From the human T2T-CHM13v2.0 reference genome, Homo sapiens, in assembly GCF_009914755.1 (NCBI RefSeq), contig NC_060925.1: 64,000 bases of DNA. One strand, given 5' to 3'. Of this stretch, positions 1 through 14,000 are shown piece after piece. Numbering within the stretch: position 1 is the first letter of the stretch; every line of letters begins with the position of its first letter. A model generated the notes under the pieces. It saw only the letters and a list, made by a program, of their open reading frames with translations, was not told the DNA's origin and searched no databases. A program made the position numbers and the translations under genes.

Positions 1-3000
1 ACCTCCAAATGGAAAGGAATGGAATCATCGCATAGAATCGAATGGAATTATCATTGAATGGACTCGAATGGAATCAACATCAAACGGAATCAAACGGAAT
101 TATCGAATGGAATCGAAGAGAATCATCGAACGGACTCGAATGGAATCATCTAATGGAATGGAATGGAAGAATTCATGGACTCGAATGCAGTCATCATCGA
201 ATGGAATCGAATGGAATCATCGAATGGACTCGAATGGAATAATCATTGAACGGAATCGAATGGAATCATCATCGGATGGAAACGAATGGAATCATCATCG
301 AATGGAATCGAATGGGATCATCAAATGGAATCAGATGGAATCATCATCAAATGGAATCGAATAGAATTATGGAATGAAATCCAATGTGATCATCATTGAA
401 TGGACTCGAATGGAATCATCATCCAATGGAAACTAATGGAATCAACATCGAATGGAATCGAATGGAAACACCATCGAATTGAAACGAATGGAATTATCAT
501 GAAATTGAAATGGATGGACTCATCATCGAATGGATTCGAATGGAATCATCGAATGAAATTGATTGAAATCATCATCAAATGGAATCGAAAGGAATCATTG
601 AATGGAATCGAATGGAATCATCATCAGATGGAAATGAATGGAATCATCATAGAATGGAATCGCATGGATTCATTGAATGGAATCAGATGGAATCATCGAA
701 TGGACTTGAATGGAATCGTTGAATGGACTCGAATGGAATCATTATTGAATGGAATTGAATAGAATCATCGAATGGTCTCGAATGGAATCATTATCAAATG
801 AAGTCGAATGGAATCACCGAATAGAATCGAATGGAACAATCATCGAATGGACTCAAATGGAATTATCCTCAAATGGAATCAAATGGATTTATCGAATGCA
901 ATCGAATGGAATTATCGAATGCAATCGAATAGAATCATCGAATGGACTCGAATGGAATCATCGAATGGAATGCAATGGATTAATCCATGGACTCGAATTC
1001 AATCACCATCGAATACAATCGAATGGAGTCATCGATTCGACTCAAATGGAATAATCATTGAATGGAATCGAATGGAATCATCGAGTGGAATCGAATGGAA
1101 TCATGATCAAATGGAATCAAAAGTAATCATCATCAAATGGAATCAAAAATAAACATCATCAATAGGTATTGAATGGAATTGTCATCAAACGGAATTCAAA
1201 GGAATCATCATCAAATGGAACCGAATGGAATCCTCATTGAATGGAAATGAAAGGAGTCATCATCTAATGGAATCGCATGGAATCATCATCAAATGGAATC
1301 GAATGGAATCATCATCAAATGGAATCTAATGGAATCATTGAACGGAATTGAATGGAATCGTCATCGAATGAATTCAATGCAATCAACGAATGGTCTCGAA
1401 TGGAACCAACTCCAAATGGAATGGAATGGAATCATCGCATACAATCGAATGGAATTATCATCGAATGGACTCGAATGGAATCAACATCAAACGGAATCAA
1501 ACGGAATTATCGAATGGAATCGAAGAGAATCATCGAACGGACTCGAATGGAATCATCTAATGGAATGGAATGGAAGAATCCATGGACTCGAATGCAATCA
1601 TCATCGAATGGAATCGAATGGAATCATCGAATGGACTCGAATGGAATAATCATTGAACGGAATCGAATGAATCATCATCGGATGGAAACGAATGGAATCA
1701 TCATCGAATGGAATCGAATGGGATCATCAAATGGAATCAGATGGAATCATCATCAAATGGAATCGAATAGAATTATGGAATGAAATCCAATGTGATCATC
1801 ATTGAATGGACTCGAATGGAATCATCATCCAATGGAAACTAATGGAATCAACATCGAATGGAATCGAATGGAAACACCATCGAATTGAAACGAATGGAAT
1901 TATCATGAAATTGAAATGGATGGACTCATCATCGAATGGATTCGAATGGAATCATCGAATGAAATTGATTGAAATCATCATCAAATGGAATCGAAAGGAA
2001 TCATTGAATGGAATCGAATGGAATCATCATCAGATGGAAATGAATGGAATCATCATAGAATGGAATCGCATGGATTCATTGAATGGAATCAGATGGAATC
2101 ATCGAATGGGCTTGAATGGAATCATTGAATGGACTCGAATGGAATCATTATGGAATGGAATTGAATAGAATCATCGAATGGTCTCGAATGGAATCATTAT
2201 CAAATGGAATCGAATGGAATCACCGAATAGAATCGAATGGAACAATCATCGAATGGACTCAAATGGAATTATCCTCAAATGGAATCAAATGGATTTATCG
2301 AATGCAATTGAATGGAATTATCGAATGCAATCGAATAGAATCATCGAATGGACTCGAATGGAATCATCGAGTGGAATGCAATGGATTAATCCATGGACTC
2401 GAATTCAATCACCATCGAATAAAATCGAATGGAGTCATCGAATCGACTCAAATGGAATAATTATTGAATGGAATCGAATGGAATCATTGAGTGGAATCGA
2501 ATGGAATCATGATCAAATGGAATCGAATGTAATCATCATCAAATTGAATCAAAAATAAACATCATCAATAGGTATTGAATGGAATTGTCATCAAACGGAA
2601 TTCAAAGGAATCACCATCAAATGGAACCGAATGGAATCCTCATTGAATGGAAATGAAAGGAGTCATCATCTAATGGAATCGCATGGAATCATCATCAAAT
2701 GGAATCGAATGGAATCATCATCAAATGGAATCTAATGGAATCATTGAACGGAATTGAATGGAATCGTCATCGAATGAATTGAATGCAATCAACGAAGGGT
2801 CTCGAATGGAACCACCTCCAAATGGAATGGAATGGAATCATCGCATAGAATCGAATGGAATTATAATCGAATGGACTCGAATGGAATCAACATCAAACGG
2901 AATCAAACGGAATTATCGAATGGAATCGAAGAGAATCATCGAATGGACTCGAATGGAATCATCTAATGGAATGGAATGGAAGAATCCATGGTCTCGAATG

Positions 3001-5459
3001 CAATCATCATCGAATGGAATCGAATGGAATCATTGAATGGACTCGAATGGAATAATCATTGAATGGAATCGAATGGAATCATCATCGGATGGAAACGAAT
3101 GGAATCATCAAATGGAATCAGATGGAATCATCATCAAATGGAATCGAATAGAATTATGGAATGAAATCCATTGTGATCATCATCGAATGGACTCGAATGG
3201 AATCATCATCCAATGGAAACTAATGGAATCAACATCGAATGGAATCGAATGGAAACTCCATCGAATTGAAACGAATGGAATTATCATGAAATTGAAATGG
3301 ATGGACTCATCATCGAATGGATTCGAATGGAATCATCGAATGAAATTGATTGAAATCCTCATCAAATGGAATCGAATGGAACCATTGAATGGAATCGAAT
3401 GGAATCATCATCAGATGGAAATGAATGGAATCATCATAGAATGGAATCGAGTGGATTCATTGAATGGAATCAGATGGAATCATCGAATGGACTTGAATGG
3501 AATCATTGAATGGACTCGAATGGAATCATTATTGAATGGAATTGAATGGAATCATCGAATGGTCTCGAATGGAATCATTATCAAATGGAATCGAATGGAA
3601 TCACCGAATAGAATCGAATGGAACAATCATCGAATGCACTCAAATGGAATTATCCTCAAATGGAATCGAATGGAATTATCGAATGCAATCGAATGGAATA
3701 ATCGAATGCAATCGAATAGAATCATCGAATGGACTTGAAAGGAATCATCGATTGAAATGGAATGGAATAGTCAATGAACTCGAATGGAATCATCATTGAA
3801 TGGAATCATCGAGTGGAATCGAATGGAATCATGATCAAATGGAATCGAAAGTAATCATCATCAAATGGAATCAAAAATAACCATCATCAATTGGTATTGA
3901 ATGGAATTGTCATCAAACGGAATTCAAAGGAATCATCATCAAATGGAACCGAATGGAATCCTCATTGAATGGAAATGAAAGGAGTCATCATCTAATGGAA
4001 TCGCATGGAATCATCATCAAATGGAATCGAATGGAATCATCGCCAATGGAATATAACGGAAGCATTGAACGGAATTGAATGGAATCATCATCGAATGAAT
4101 TGAATGCAATCAACGAATGGTGTCGAATGGAGCCATCTCCAAATGGAATGGAATGGAATCATTGCATAGAAGCGAATGGAATTATCATCGAATGGACTCG
4201 AATGGAATCAACATCAAACGGAATCAAACGGAATTATCGAATGGAATCGAAGAGAATCATCGAACGGACTCGAATGGAATCATCTAATGGAATGGAATGG
4301 AAGAATTCATGGAATCGAATGCAGTCATCATCGAATGGAATCGAATGGAATCATCGAATGGCCTCGAATGGAATAATCATTGAACGGAATCGAATGGAAT
4401 CATCATCGGATGGAAACGAATGGAATCATCATCGAATGGAATCGAATGGGATCATCAAATGGAATCAGATGGAATCATCATCAAATGGAATCGAATAGAA
4501 TTATGGAATGAAATCCAATGTGATCATCATGGAATGGACTCGAATGGAATCATCATCCAATGGAAACTAATGGAATCAACATCGAATGGAATCGAATGGA
4601 AACACCATCGAATTGAAACGAATGGAATTATCATGAAATTGAAATGGATGGACTCATCATCGAATGGATTCTAATGGAATCATCGAATGAAATTGATTGA
4701 AATCATCATCAAATGGAATCGAAAGGAATCACTGAATGGAATCGAATGGAATCATCATCAGATGGGAATGAATGGAATCATCATAGAATGGAATCGCATG
4801 GATTCATTGAATGGAATCAGATGGAATCATCGAATGGGCTTGAATGGAATCGTTGAATGGACTAGAATGGAATCATTATTGAATGGAATTGAATAGAATC
4901 ATCGAATGGTCTCGAATGGAATCATTATCAAATGAAGTCGAATGGAATCACCGAATAGAATCGAATGGAACAATCATCGAATGGACTCAAATGGAATTAT
5001 CCTCAAATGGAATCAAATGGATTTATCGAATGCAATCGAATGGAATTATCGAATGCAATCGAATAGAATCATCGAATGGACTCGAATGGAATCATCGAAT
5101 GGAATGCAATGGATTAATCCATGGACTCGAATTCAATCACCATCGAATACAATCGAATGGAGTCATCGAATCGACCCAAATGGAATAATCATTGAATGGA
5201 ATCGAATGGAATCATCGAGTGGAATCGAATGGAATCATGATCAAATGGAATCGAATGTAATCGTCATCAAATGGAATCAAAAATAAACATCATCAATTGG
5301 TATTGAATGGAATTGTCATCAAATGGAATTCAAAGGAATCATCATCAAATGGAACCGAATGGAATCCTCATTGAATGGAAATGAAAGGAGTCATCATCTA
5401 ATGGAATCGCATGGAATCATCATCAAATGGAATCGAATGGAATCATTGAACGGAATTGA
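1..5459 (+). repeat. 5515-bp 4-monomer higher-order unit (A-A-B-A), copy 1 (starts ~55 bp before the window)
   Basis: Monomer lengths are 1407+1406+1321+1381. It recurs at offset 11090 (ORF starts 42/11132, 1352/12442, 2758/13848, 4079/15169), with shared rare variants such as CGCCAATGGAATATAACGGAAGCATT at 4041/15131. Confidence 0.88.
434..444 (+). promoter_or_regulatory. Representative DUX4-type motif TAATGGAATCA (recurs 1-3 times per monomer)
   Basis: It matches the degenerate DUX4 consensus TAAYBBAATCA, and HSATII is an established DUX4-bound repeat. Occupancy at this locus is not shown by the sequence. Confidence 0.45.
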
Positions 5460-8400
5460 ATGGAATCGTCATCGAATGAATTGAATGCAATCAACGAATG
5501 GTCTCGAATGGAACCACCTCCAAATGGAAAGGAATGGAATCATCGCATAGAATCGAATGGAATTATCATTGAATGGACTCGAATGGAATCAACATCAAAC
5601 GGAATCAAACGGAATTATCGAATGGAATCGAAGAGAATCATCGAACGGACTCGAATGGAATCATCTAATGGAATGGAATGGAAGAATTCATGGACTCGAA
5701 TGCAGTCATCATCGAATGGAATCGAATGGAATCATCGAATGGACTCGAATGGAATAATCATTGAACGGAATCGAATGGAATCATCATCGGATGGAAACGA
5801 ATGGAATCATCATCGAATGGAATCGAATGGGATCATCAAATGGAATCAGATGGAATCATCATCAAATGGAATCGAATAGAATTATGGAATGAAATCCAAT
5901 GTGATCATCATTGAATGGACTCGAATGGAATCATCATCCAATGGAAACTAATGGAATCAACATCGAATGGAATCGAATGGAAACACCATCGAATTGAAAC
6001 GAATGGAATTATCATGAAATTGAAATGGATGGACTCATCATCGAATGGATTCGAATGGAATCATCGAATGAAATTGATTGAAATCATCATCAAATGGAAT
6101 CGAAAGGAATCATTGAATGGAATCGAATGGAATCATCAACAGATGGAAATGAATGGAATCATCATAGAATGGAATCGCATGGATTCATTGAATGGAATCA
6201 GATGGAATCATCGAATGGACTTGAATGGAATCGTTGAATGGACTCGAATGGAATCATTATTGAAAGGAATTGAATAGAATCATCGAATGGTCTCGAATGG
6301 AATCATTATCAAATGAAGTCGAATGGAATCACCGAATAGAATCGAATGGAATAATCATCGAATGGACTCAAATGGAATTATCCTCAAATGGAATCAAATG
6401 GATTTATCGAATGCAATCGAATGGAATTATCGAATGCAATCGAATAGAATCATCGAATGGACTCGAATGGAATCATCGAATGGAATGCAATGGATTAATC
6501 CATGGACTCGAATTCAATCACCATCGAATACAATCGAATGGAGTCATCGATTCGACTCAAATGGAATAATAATTGAATGGAATCGAATGGAATCATCGAG
6601 TGGAATCGAATGGAATCATGATCAAATGGAATGAAAAGTAATCATCATCAAATGGAATCAAAAATAAACATCATCAATAGGTATTGAATGGAATTGTCAT
6701 CAAATGGAATTCAAAGGAATCATCATCAAATGGAACCGAATGGAATCCTCATTGAATGGAAATGAAAGGAGTCATCATCTAATGGAATCGCATGGAATCA
6801 TCATCAAATGGAATCGAATGGAATCATCATCAAATGGAATCTAATGGAATCATTGAACGGAATTGAATGGAATCGTCATCGAATGAATTCAATGCAATCA
6901 ACGAATGGTCTCGAATGGAACCACCTACAAATGGAATGGAATGGAATCATCGCATACAATCGAATGGAATTATCATCGAATGGACTCGAATGGAATCACA
7001 CATCAAACGGAATCAAACGGAATTATCGAATGGAATCGAAGAGAATCATCGAACGGACTCGAATGGAATCATCTAATGGAATGGAATGGAAGAATCCATG
7101 GACTCGAATGCAATCATCATCGAATGGAATCGAATGGAATCATCGAATGGACTCGAATGGAATAATCATTGAACGGAATCGAATGAATCATCATCGGATG
7201 GAAACGAATGGAATCATCATCGAATGGAATCGAATGGGATCATCAAATGGAATCAGATGGAATCATCATCAAATGGAATCGAATAGAATTATGGAATGAA
7301 ATCCAATGTGATCATCATTGAATGGACTCGAATGGAATCATCATCCAATGGAAACTAATGGAATCAACATCGAATGGAATCGAATGGAAACACCATCGAA
7401 TTGAAACGAATGGAATTATCATGAAATTGAAATGGATGGACTCATCATCGAATGGATTCGAATGGAATCATCGAATGAAATTGATTGAAATCATCATCAA
7501 ATGGAATCGAAAGGAATCACTGAATGGAATCGAATGGAATCATCATCAGATGGGAATGAATGGAATCATCATAGAATGGAATCGCATGGATTCATTGAAT
7601 GGAATCAGATGGAATCATCGAATGGGCTTGAATGGAATCGTTGAATGGACTAGAATGGAATCATTATTGAATGGAATTGAATAGAATCATCGAATGGTCT
7701 CGAATGGAATCATTATCAAATGAAGTCGAATGGAATCACCGAATAGAATCGAATGGAACAATCATCGAATGGACTCAAATGGAATTATCCTCAAATGGCA
7801 TCAAATGGATTTATCGAATGCAATCGAATGGAATTATCGAATGCAATCGAATAGAATCATCGAATGGACTCGAATGGAATCATCGAATGGAATGCAATGG
7901 ATTAATCCATGGACTCGAATTCAATCACCATCGAATACAATCGAATGGAGTCATCGAATCGACCCAAATGGAATAATCATTGAATGGAATCGAATGGAAT
8001 CATCGAGTGGAATCGAATGGAATCATGATCAAATGGAATCGAATGTAATCGTCATCAAATGGAATCAAAAATAAACATCATCAATTGGTATTGAATGGAA
8101 TTGTCATCAAATGGAATTCAAAGGAATCATCATCAAATGGAACCGAATGGAATCCTCATTGAATGGAAATGAAAGGAGTCATCATCTAATGGAATCGCAT
8201 GGAATCATCATCAAATGGAATCGAATGGAATCATTGAACGGAATTGAATGGAATCGTCATCGAATGAATTGAATGCAATCAACGAATGGTCTCGAATGGA
8301 ACCACCTCCAAATGGAAAGGAATGGAATCATCGCATAGAATCGAATGGAATTATCATTGAATGGACTCGAATGGAATCAACATCAAACGGAATCAAACGG

Positions 8401-11034
8401 AATTATCGAATGGAATCGAAGAGAATCATCGAACGGACTCGAATGGAATCATCTAATGGAATGGAATGGAAGAATTCATGGACTCGAATGCAGTCATCAT
8501 CGAATGGAATCGAATGGAATCATCGAATGGACTCGAATGGAATAATCATTGAACGGAATCGAATGGAATCATCATCGGATGGAAACGAATGGAATCATCA
8601 TCGAATGGAATCGAATGGGATCATCAAATGGAATCAGATGGAATCATCATCAAATGGAATCGAATAGAATTATGGAATGAAATCCAATGTGATCATCATT
8701 GAATGGACTCGAATGGAATCATCATCCAATGGAAACTAATGGAATCAACATCGAATGGAATCGAATGGAAACACCATCGAATTGAAACGAATGGAATTAT
8801 CATGAAATTGAAATGGATGGACTCATCATCGAATGGATTCGAATGGAATCATCGAATGAAATTGATTGAAATCATCATCAAATGGAATCGAAAGGAATCA
8901 TTGAATGGAATCGAATGGAATCATCAACAGATGGAAATGAATGGAATCATCATAGAATGGAATCGCATGGATTCATTGAATGGAATCAGATGGAATCATC
9001 GAATGGACTTGAATGGAATCGTTGAATGGACTCGAATGGAATCATTATTGAAAGGAATTGAATAGAATCATCGAATGGTCTCGAATGGAATCATTATCAA
9101 ATGAAGTCGAATGGAATCACCGAATAGAATCGAATGGAATAATCATCGAATGGACTCAAATGGAATTATCCTCAAATGGAATCAAATGGATTTATCGAAT
9201 GCAATCGAATGGAATTATCGAATGCAATCGAATAGAATCATCGAATGGACTCGAATGGAATCATCGAATGGAATGCAATGGATTAATCCATGGACTCGAA
9301 TTCAATCACCATCGAATACAATCGAATGGAGTCATCGATTCGACTCAAATGGAATAATAATTGAATGGAATCGAATGGAATCATCGAGTGGAATCGAATG
9401 GAATCATGATCAAATGGAATGAAAAGTAATCATCATCAAATGGAATCAAAAATAAACATCATCAATAGGTATTGAATGGAATTGTCATCAAACGGAATTC
9501 AAAGGAATCATCATCAAATGGAACCGAATGGAATCCTCATTGAATGGAAATGAAAGGAGTCATCATCTAATGGAATCGCATGGAATCATCATCAAATGGA
9601 ATCGAATGGAATCATCATCAAATGGAATCTAATGGAATCATTGAACGGAATTGAATGGAATCGTCATCGAATGAATTCAATGCAATCAACGAATGGTCTC
9701 GAATGGAACCACCTACAAATGGAATGGAATGGAATCATCGCATACAATCGAATGGAATTATCATCGAATGGACTCGAATGGAATCAACATCAAACGGAAT
9801 CAAACGGAATTATCGAATGGAATCGAAGAGAATCATCGAACGGACTCGAATGGAATCATCTAATGGAATGGAATGGAAGAATCCATGGACTCGAATGCAA
9901 TCATCATCGAATGGAATCGAATGGAATCATCGAATGGACTCGAATGGAATAATCATTGAACGGAATCGAATGAATCATCATCGGATGGAAACGAATGGAA
10001 TCATCATCGAATGGAATCGAATGGGATCATCAAATGGAATCAGATGGAATCATCATCAAATGGAATCGAATAGAATTATGGAATGAAATCCAATGTGATC
10101 ATCATTGAATGGACTCGAATGGAATCATCATCCAATGGAAACTAATGGAATCAACATCGAATGGAATCGAATGGAAACACCATCGAATTGAAACGAATGG
10201 AATTATCATGAAATTGAAATGGATGGACTCATCATCGAATGGATTCGAATGGAATCATCGAATGAAATTGATTGAAATCATCATCAAATGGAATCGAAAG
10301 GAATCACTGAATGGAATCGAATGGAATCATCATCAGATGGGAATGAATGGAATCATCATAGAATGGAATCGCATGGATTCATTGAATGGAATCAGATGGA
10401 ATCATCGAATGGGCTTGAATGGAATCGTTGAATGGACTAGAATGGAATCATTATTGAATGGAATTGAATAGAATCATCGAATGGTCTCGAATGGAATCAT
10501 TATCAAATGAAGTCGAATGGAATCACCGAATAGAATCGAATGGAACAATCATCGAATGGACTCAAATGGAATTATCCTCAAATGGCATCAAATGGATTTA
10601 TCGAATGCAATCGAATGGAATTATCGAATGCAATCGAATAGAATCATCGAATGGACTCGAATGGAATCATCGAATGGAATGCAATGGATTAATCCATGGA
10701 CTCGAATTCAATCACCATCGAATACAATCGAATGGAGTCATCGAATCGACCCAAATGGAATAATCATTGAATGGAATCGAATGGAATCATCGAGTGGAAT
10801 CGAATGGAATCATGATCAAATGGAATCGAATGTAATCGTCATCAAATGGAATCAAAAATAAACATCATCAATTGGTATTGAATGGAATTGTCATCAAATG
10901 GAATTCAAAGGAATCATCATCAAATGGAACCGAATGGAATCCTCATTGAATGGAAATGAAAGGAGTCATCATCTAATGGAATCGCATGGAATCATCATCA
11001 AATGGAATCGAATGGAATCATTGAACGGAATTGA
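5460..11034 (+). repeat. Two tandem copies of a 2787/2788-bp dimer
   Basis: ORF starts are 5460/8248 and 6867/9655. Markers are CATCAACAG at 6134/8922, ACCTACAAA at 6923/9711 and GGCATC at 7797/10584. Confidence 0.9.
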
Positions 11035-14000
11035 ATGGAATCGTCATCGAATGAATTGAATGCAATCAACGAATGGTCTCGAATGGAACCACCTCCAAAT
11101 GGAAATTAATGGAATCATCGCATAGAATCGAATGGAATTATCATTGAATGGACTCGAATGGAATCAACATCAAACGGAATCAAACGGAATTATCGAATGG
11201 AATCGAAGAGAATCATCGAACGGACTCGAATGGAATCATCTAATGGAATGGAATGGAAGAATTCATGGACTCGAATGCAGTCATCATCGAATGGAATCGA
11301 ATGGAATCATCGAATGGACTCGAATGGAATAATCATTGAACGGAATCGAATGGAATCATCATCGGATGGAAACGAATGGAATCATCATCGAATGGAATCG
11401 AATGGGATCATCAAATGGAATCAGATGGAATCATCATCAAATGGAATCGAATAGAATTATGGAATGAAATCCAATGTGATCATCATTGAATGGACTCGAA
11501 TGGAATCATCATCCAATGGAAACTAATGGAATCAACATCGAATGGAATCGAATGGAAACACCATCGAATTGAAACGAATGGAATTATCATGAAATTGAAA
11601 TGGATGGACTCATCATCGAATGGATTCGAATGGAATCATCGAATGAAATTGATTGAAATCATCATCAAATGGAATCGAAAGGAATCATTGAATGGAATCG
11701 AATGGAATCATCAACAGATGGAAATGAATGGAATCATCATAGAATGGAATCGCATGGATTCATTGAATGGAATCAGATGGAATCATCGAATGGACTTGAA
11801 TGGAATCGTTGAATGGACTCGAATGGAATCATTATTGAATGGAATTGAATAGAATCATCGAATGGTCTCGAATGGAATCATTATCAAATGAAGTCGAATG
11901 GAATCACCGAATAGAATCGAATGGAATAATCATCGAATGGACTCAAATGGAATTATCCTCAAATGGAATCAAATGGATTTATCGAATGCAATCGAATGGA
12001 ATTATCGAATGCAATCGAATAGAATCATCGAATGGACTCGAATGGAATCATCGAATGGAATGCAATGGATTAATCCATGGACTCGAATTCAATCACCATC
12101 GAATACAATCGAATGGAGTCATCGATTCGACTCAAATGGAATAATAATTGAATGGAATCGAATGGAATCATCGAGTGGAATCGAATGGAATCATGATCAA
12201 ATGGAATGAAAAGTAATCATCATCAAATGGAATCAAAAATAAACATCATCAATAGGTATTGAATGGAATTGTCATCAAACGGAATTCAAAGGAATCATCA
12301 TCAAATGGAACCGAATGGAATCCTCATTGAATGGAAATGAAAGGAGTCATCATCTAATGGAATCGCATGGAATCATCATCAAATGGAATCGAATGGAATC
12401 ATCATCAAATGGAATCTAATGGAATCATTGAACGGAATTGAATGGAATCGTCATCGAATGAATTCAATGCAATCAACGAATGGTCTCGAATGGAACCACC
12501 TACAAATGGAATGGAATGGAATCATCGCATACAATCGAATGGAATTATCATCGAATGGACTCGAATGGAATCAACATCAAACGGAATCAAACGGAATTAT
12601 CGAATGGAATCGAAGAGAATCATCGAACGGACTCGAATGGAATCATCTAATGGAAAGGAATGGAAGAATCCATGGACTCGAATGCAATCATCATCGAATG
12701 GAATCGAATGGAATCATCGAATGGACTCGAATGGAATAATCATTGAACGGAATCGAATGAATCATCATCGGATGGAAACGAATGGAATCATCATCGAATG
12801 GAATCGAATGGGATCATCAAATGGAATCAGATGGAATCATCATCAAATGGAATCGAATAGAATTATGGAATGAAATCCAATGTGATCATCATTGAATGGA
12901 CTCGAATGGAATCATCATCCAATGGAAACTAATGGAATCAACATCGAATGGAATCGAATGGAAACACCATCGAATTGAAACGAATGGAATTATCATGAAA
13001 TTGAAATGGATGGACTCATCATCGAATGGATTCGAATGGAATCATCGAATGAAATTGATTGAAATCATCATCAAATGGAATCGAAAGGAATCATTGAATG
13101 GAATCGAATGGAATCATCATCAGATGGAAATGAATGGAATCATCATAGAATGGAATCGCATGGATTCATTGAATGGAATCAGATGGAATCATCGAATGGG
13201 CTTGAATGGAATCATTGAATGGACTCGAATGGAATCATTATGGAATGGAATTGAATAGAATCATCGAATGGTCTCGAATGGAATCATTATCAAATGGAAT
13301 CGAATGGAATCACCGAATAGAATCGAATGGAACAATCATCGAATGGACTCAAATGGAATTATCCTCAAATGGAATCAAATGGATTTATCGAATGCAATTG
13401 AATGGAATTATCGAATGCAATCGAATAGAATCATCGAATGGACTCGAATGGAATCATCGAGTGGAATGCAATGGATTAATCCATGGACTCGAATTCAATC
13501 ACCATCGAATACAATCGAATGGAGTCATCGAATCGACTCAAATGGAATAGTTATTGAATGGAATCGAATGGAATCATCGAGTGGAATCGAATGGAATCAT
13601 GATCAAATGGAATCGAATGTAATCATCATCAAATTGAATCAAAAATAAACATCATCAATAGGTATTGAATGGAATTGTCATCAAACGGAATTCAAAGGAA
13701 TCACCATCAAATGGAACCGAATGGAATCCTCATTGAATGGAAATGAAAGGAGTCATCATCTAATGGAATCGCATGGAATCATCATCAAATGGAATCGAAT
13801 GGAATCATCATCAAATGGAATCTAATGGAATCATTGAATGGAATTGAATGGAATCGTCATCGAATGAATTGAATGCAATCAACGAAGGGTCTCGAATGGA
13901 ACCACCTCCAAATGGAATGGAATGGAATCATCGCATAGAATCGAATGGAATTATAATCGAATGGACTCGAATGGAATCAACATCAAACGGAATCAAACGG

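Noticed and set aside
6991-7005. 1-bp insertion (GAATCACACATC) creating a fused 163-aa ORF at 6808
   Set aside because: It is a singleton absent from the paralogue at about 9781. It is a private mutation or consensus error with no functional implication.
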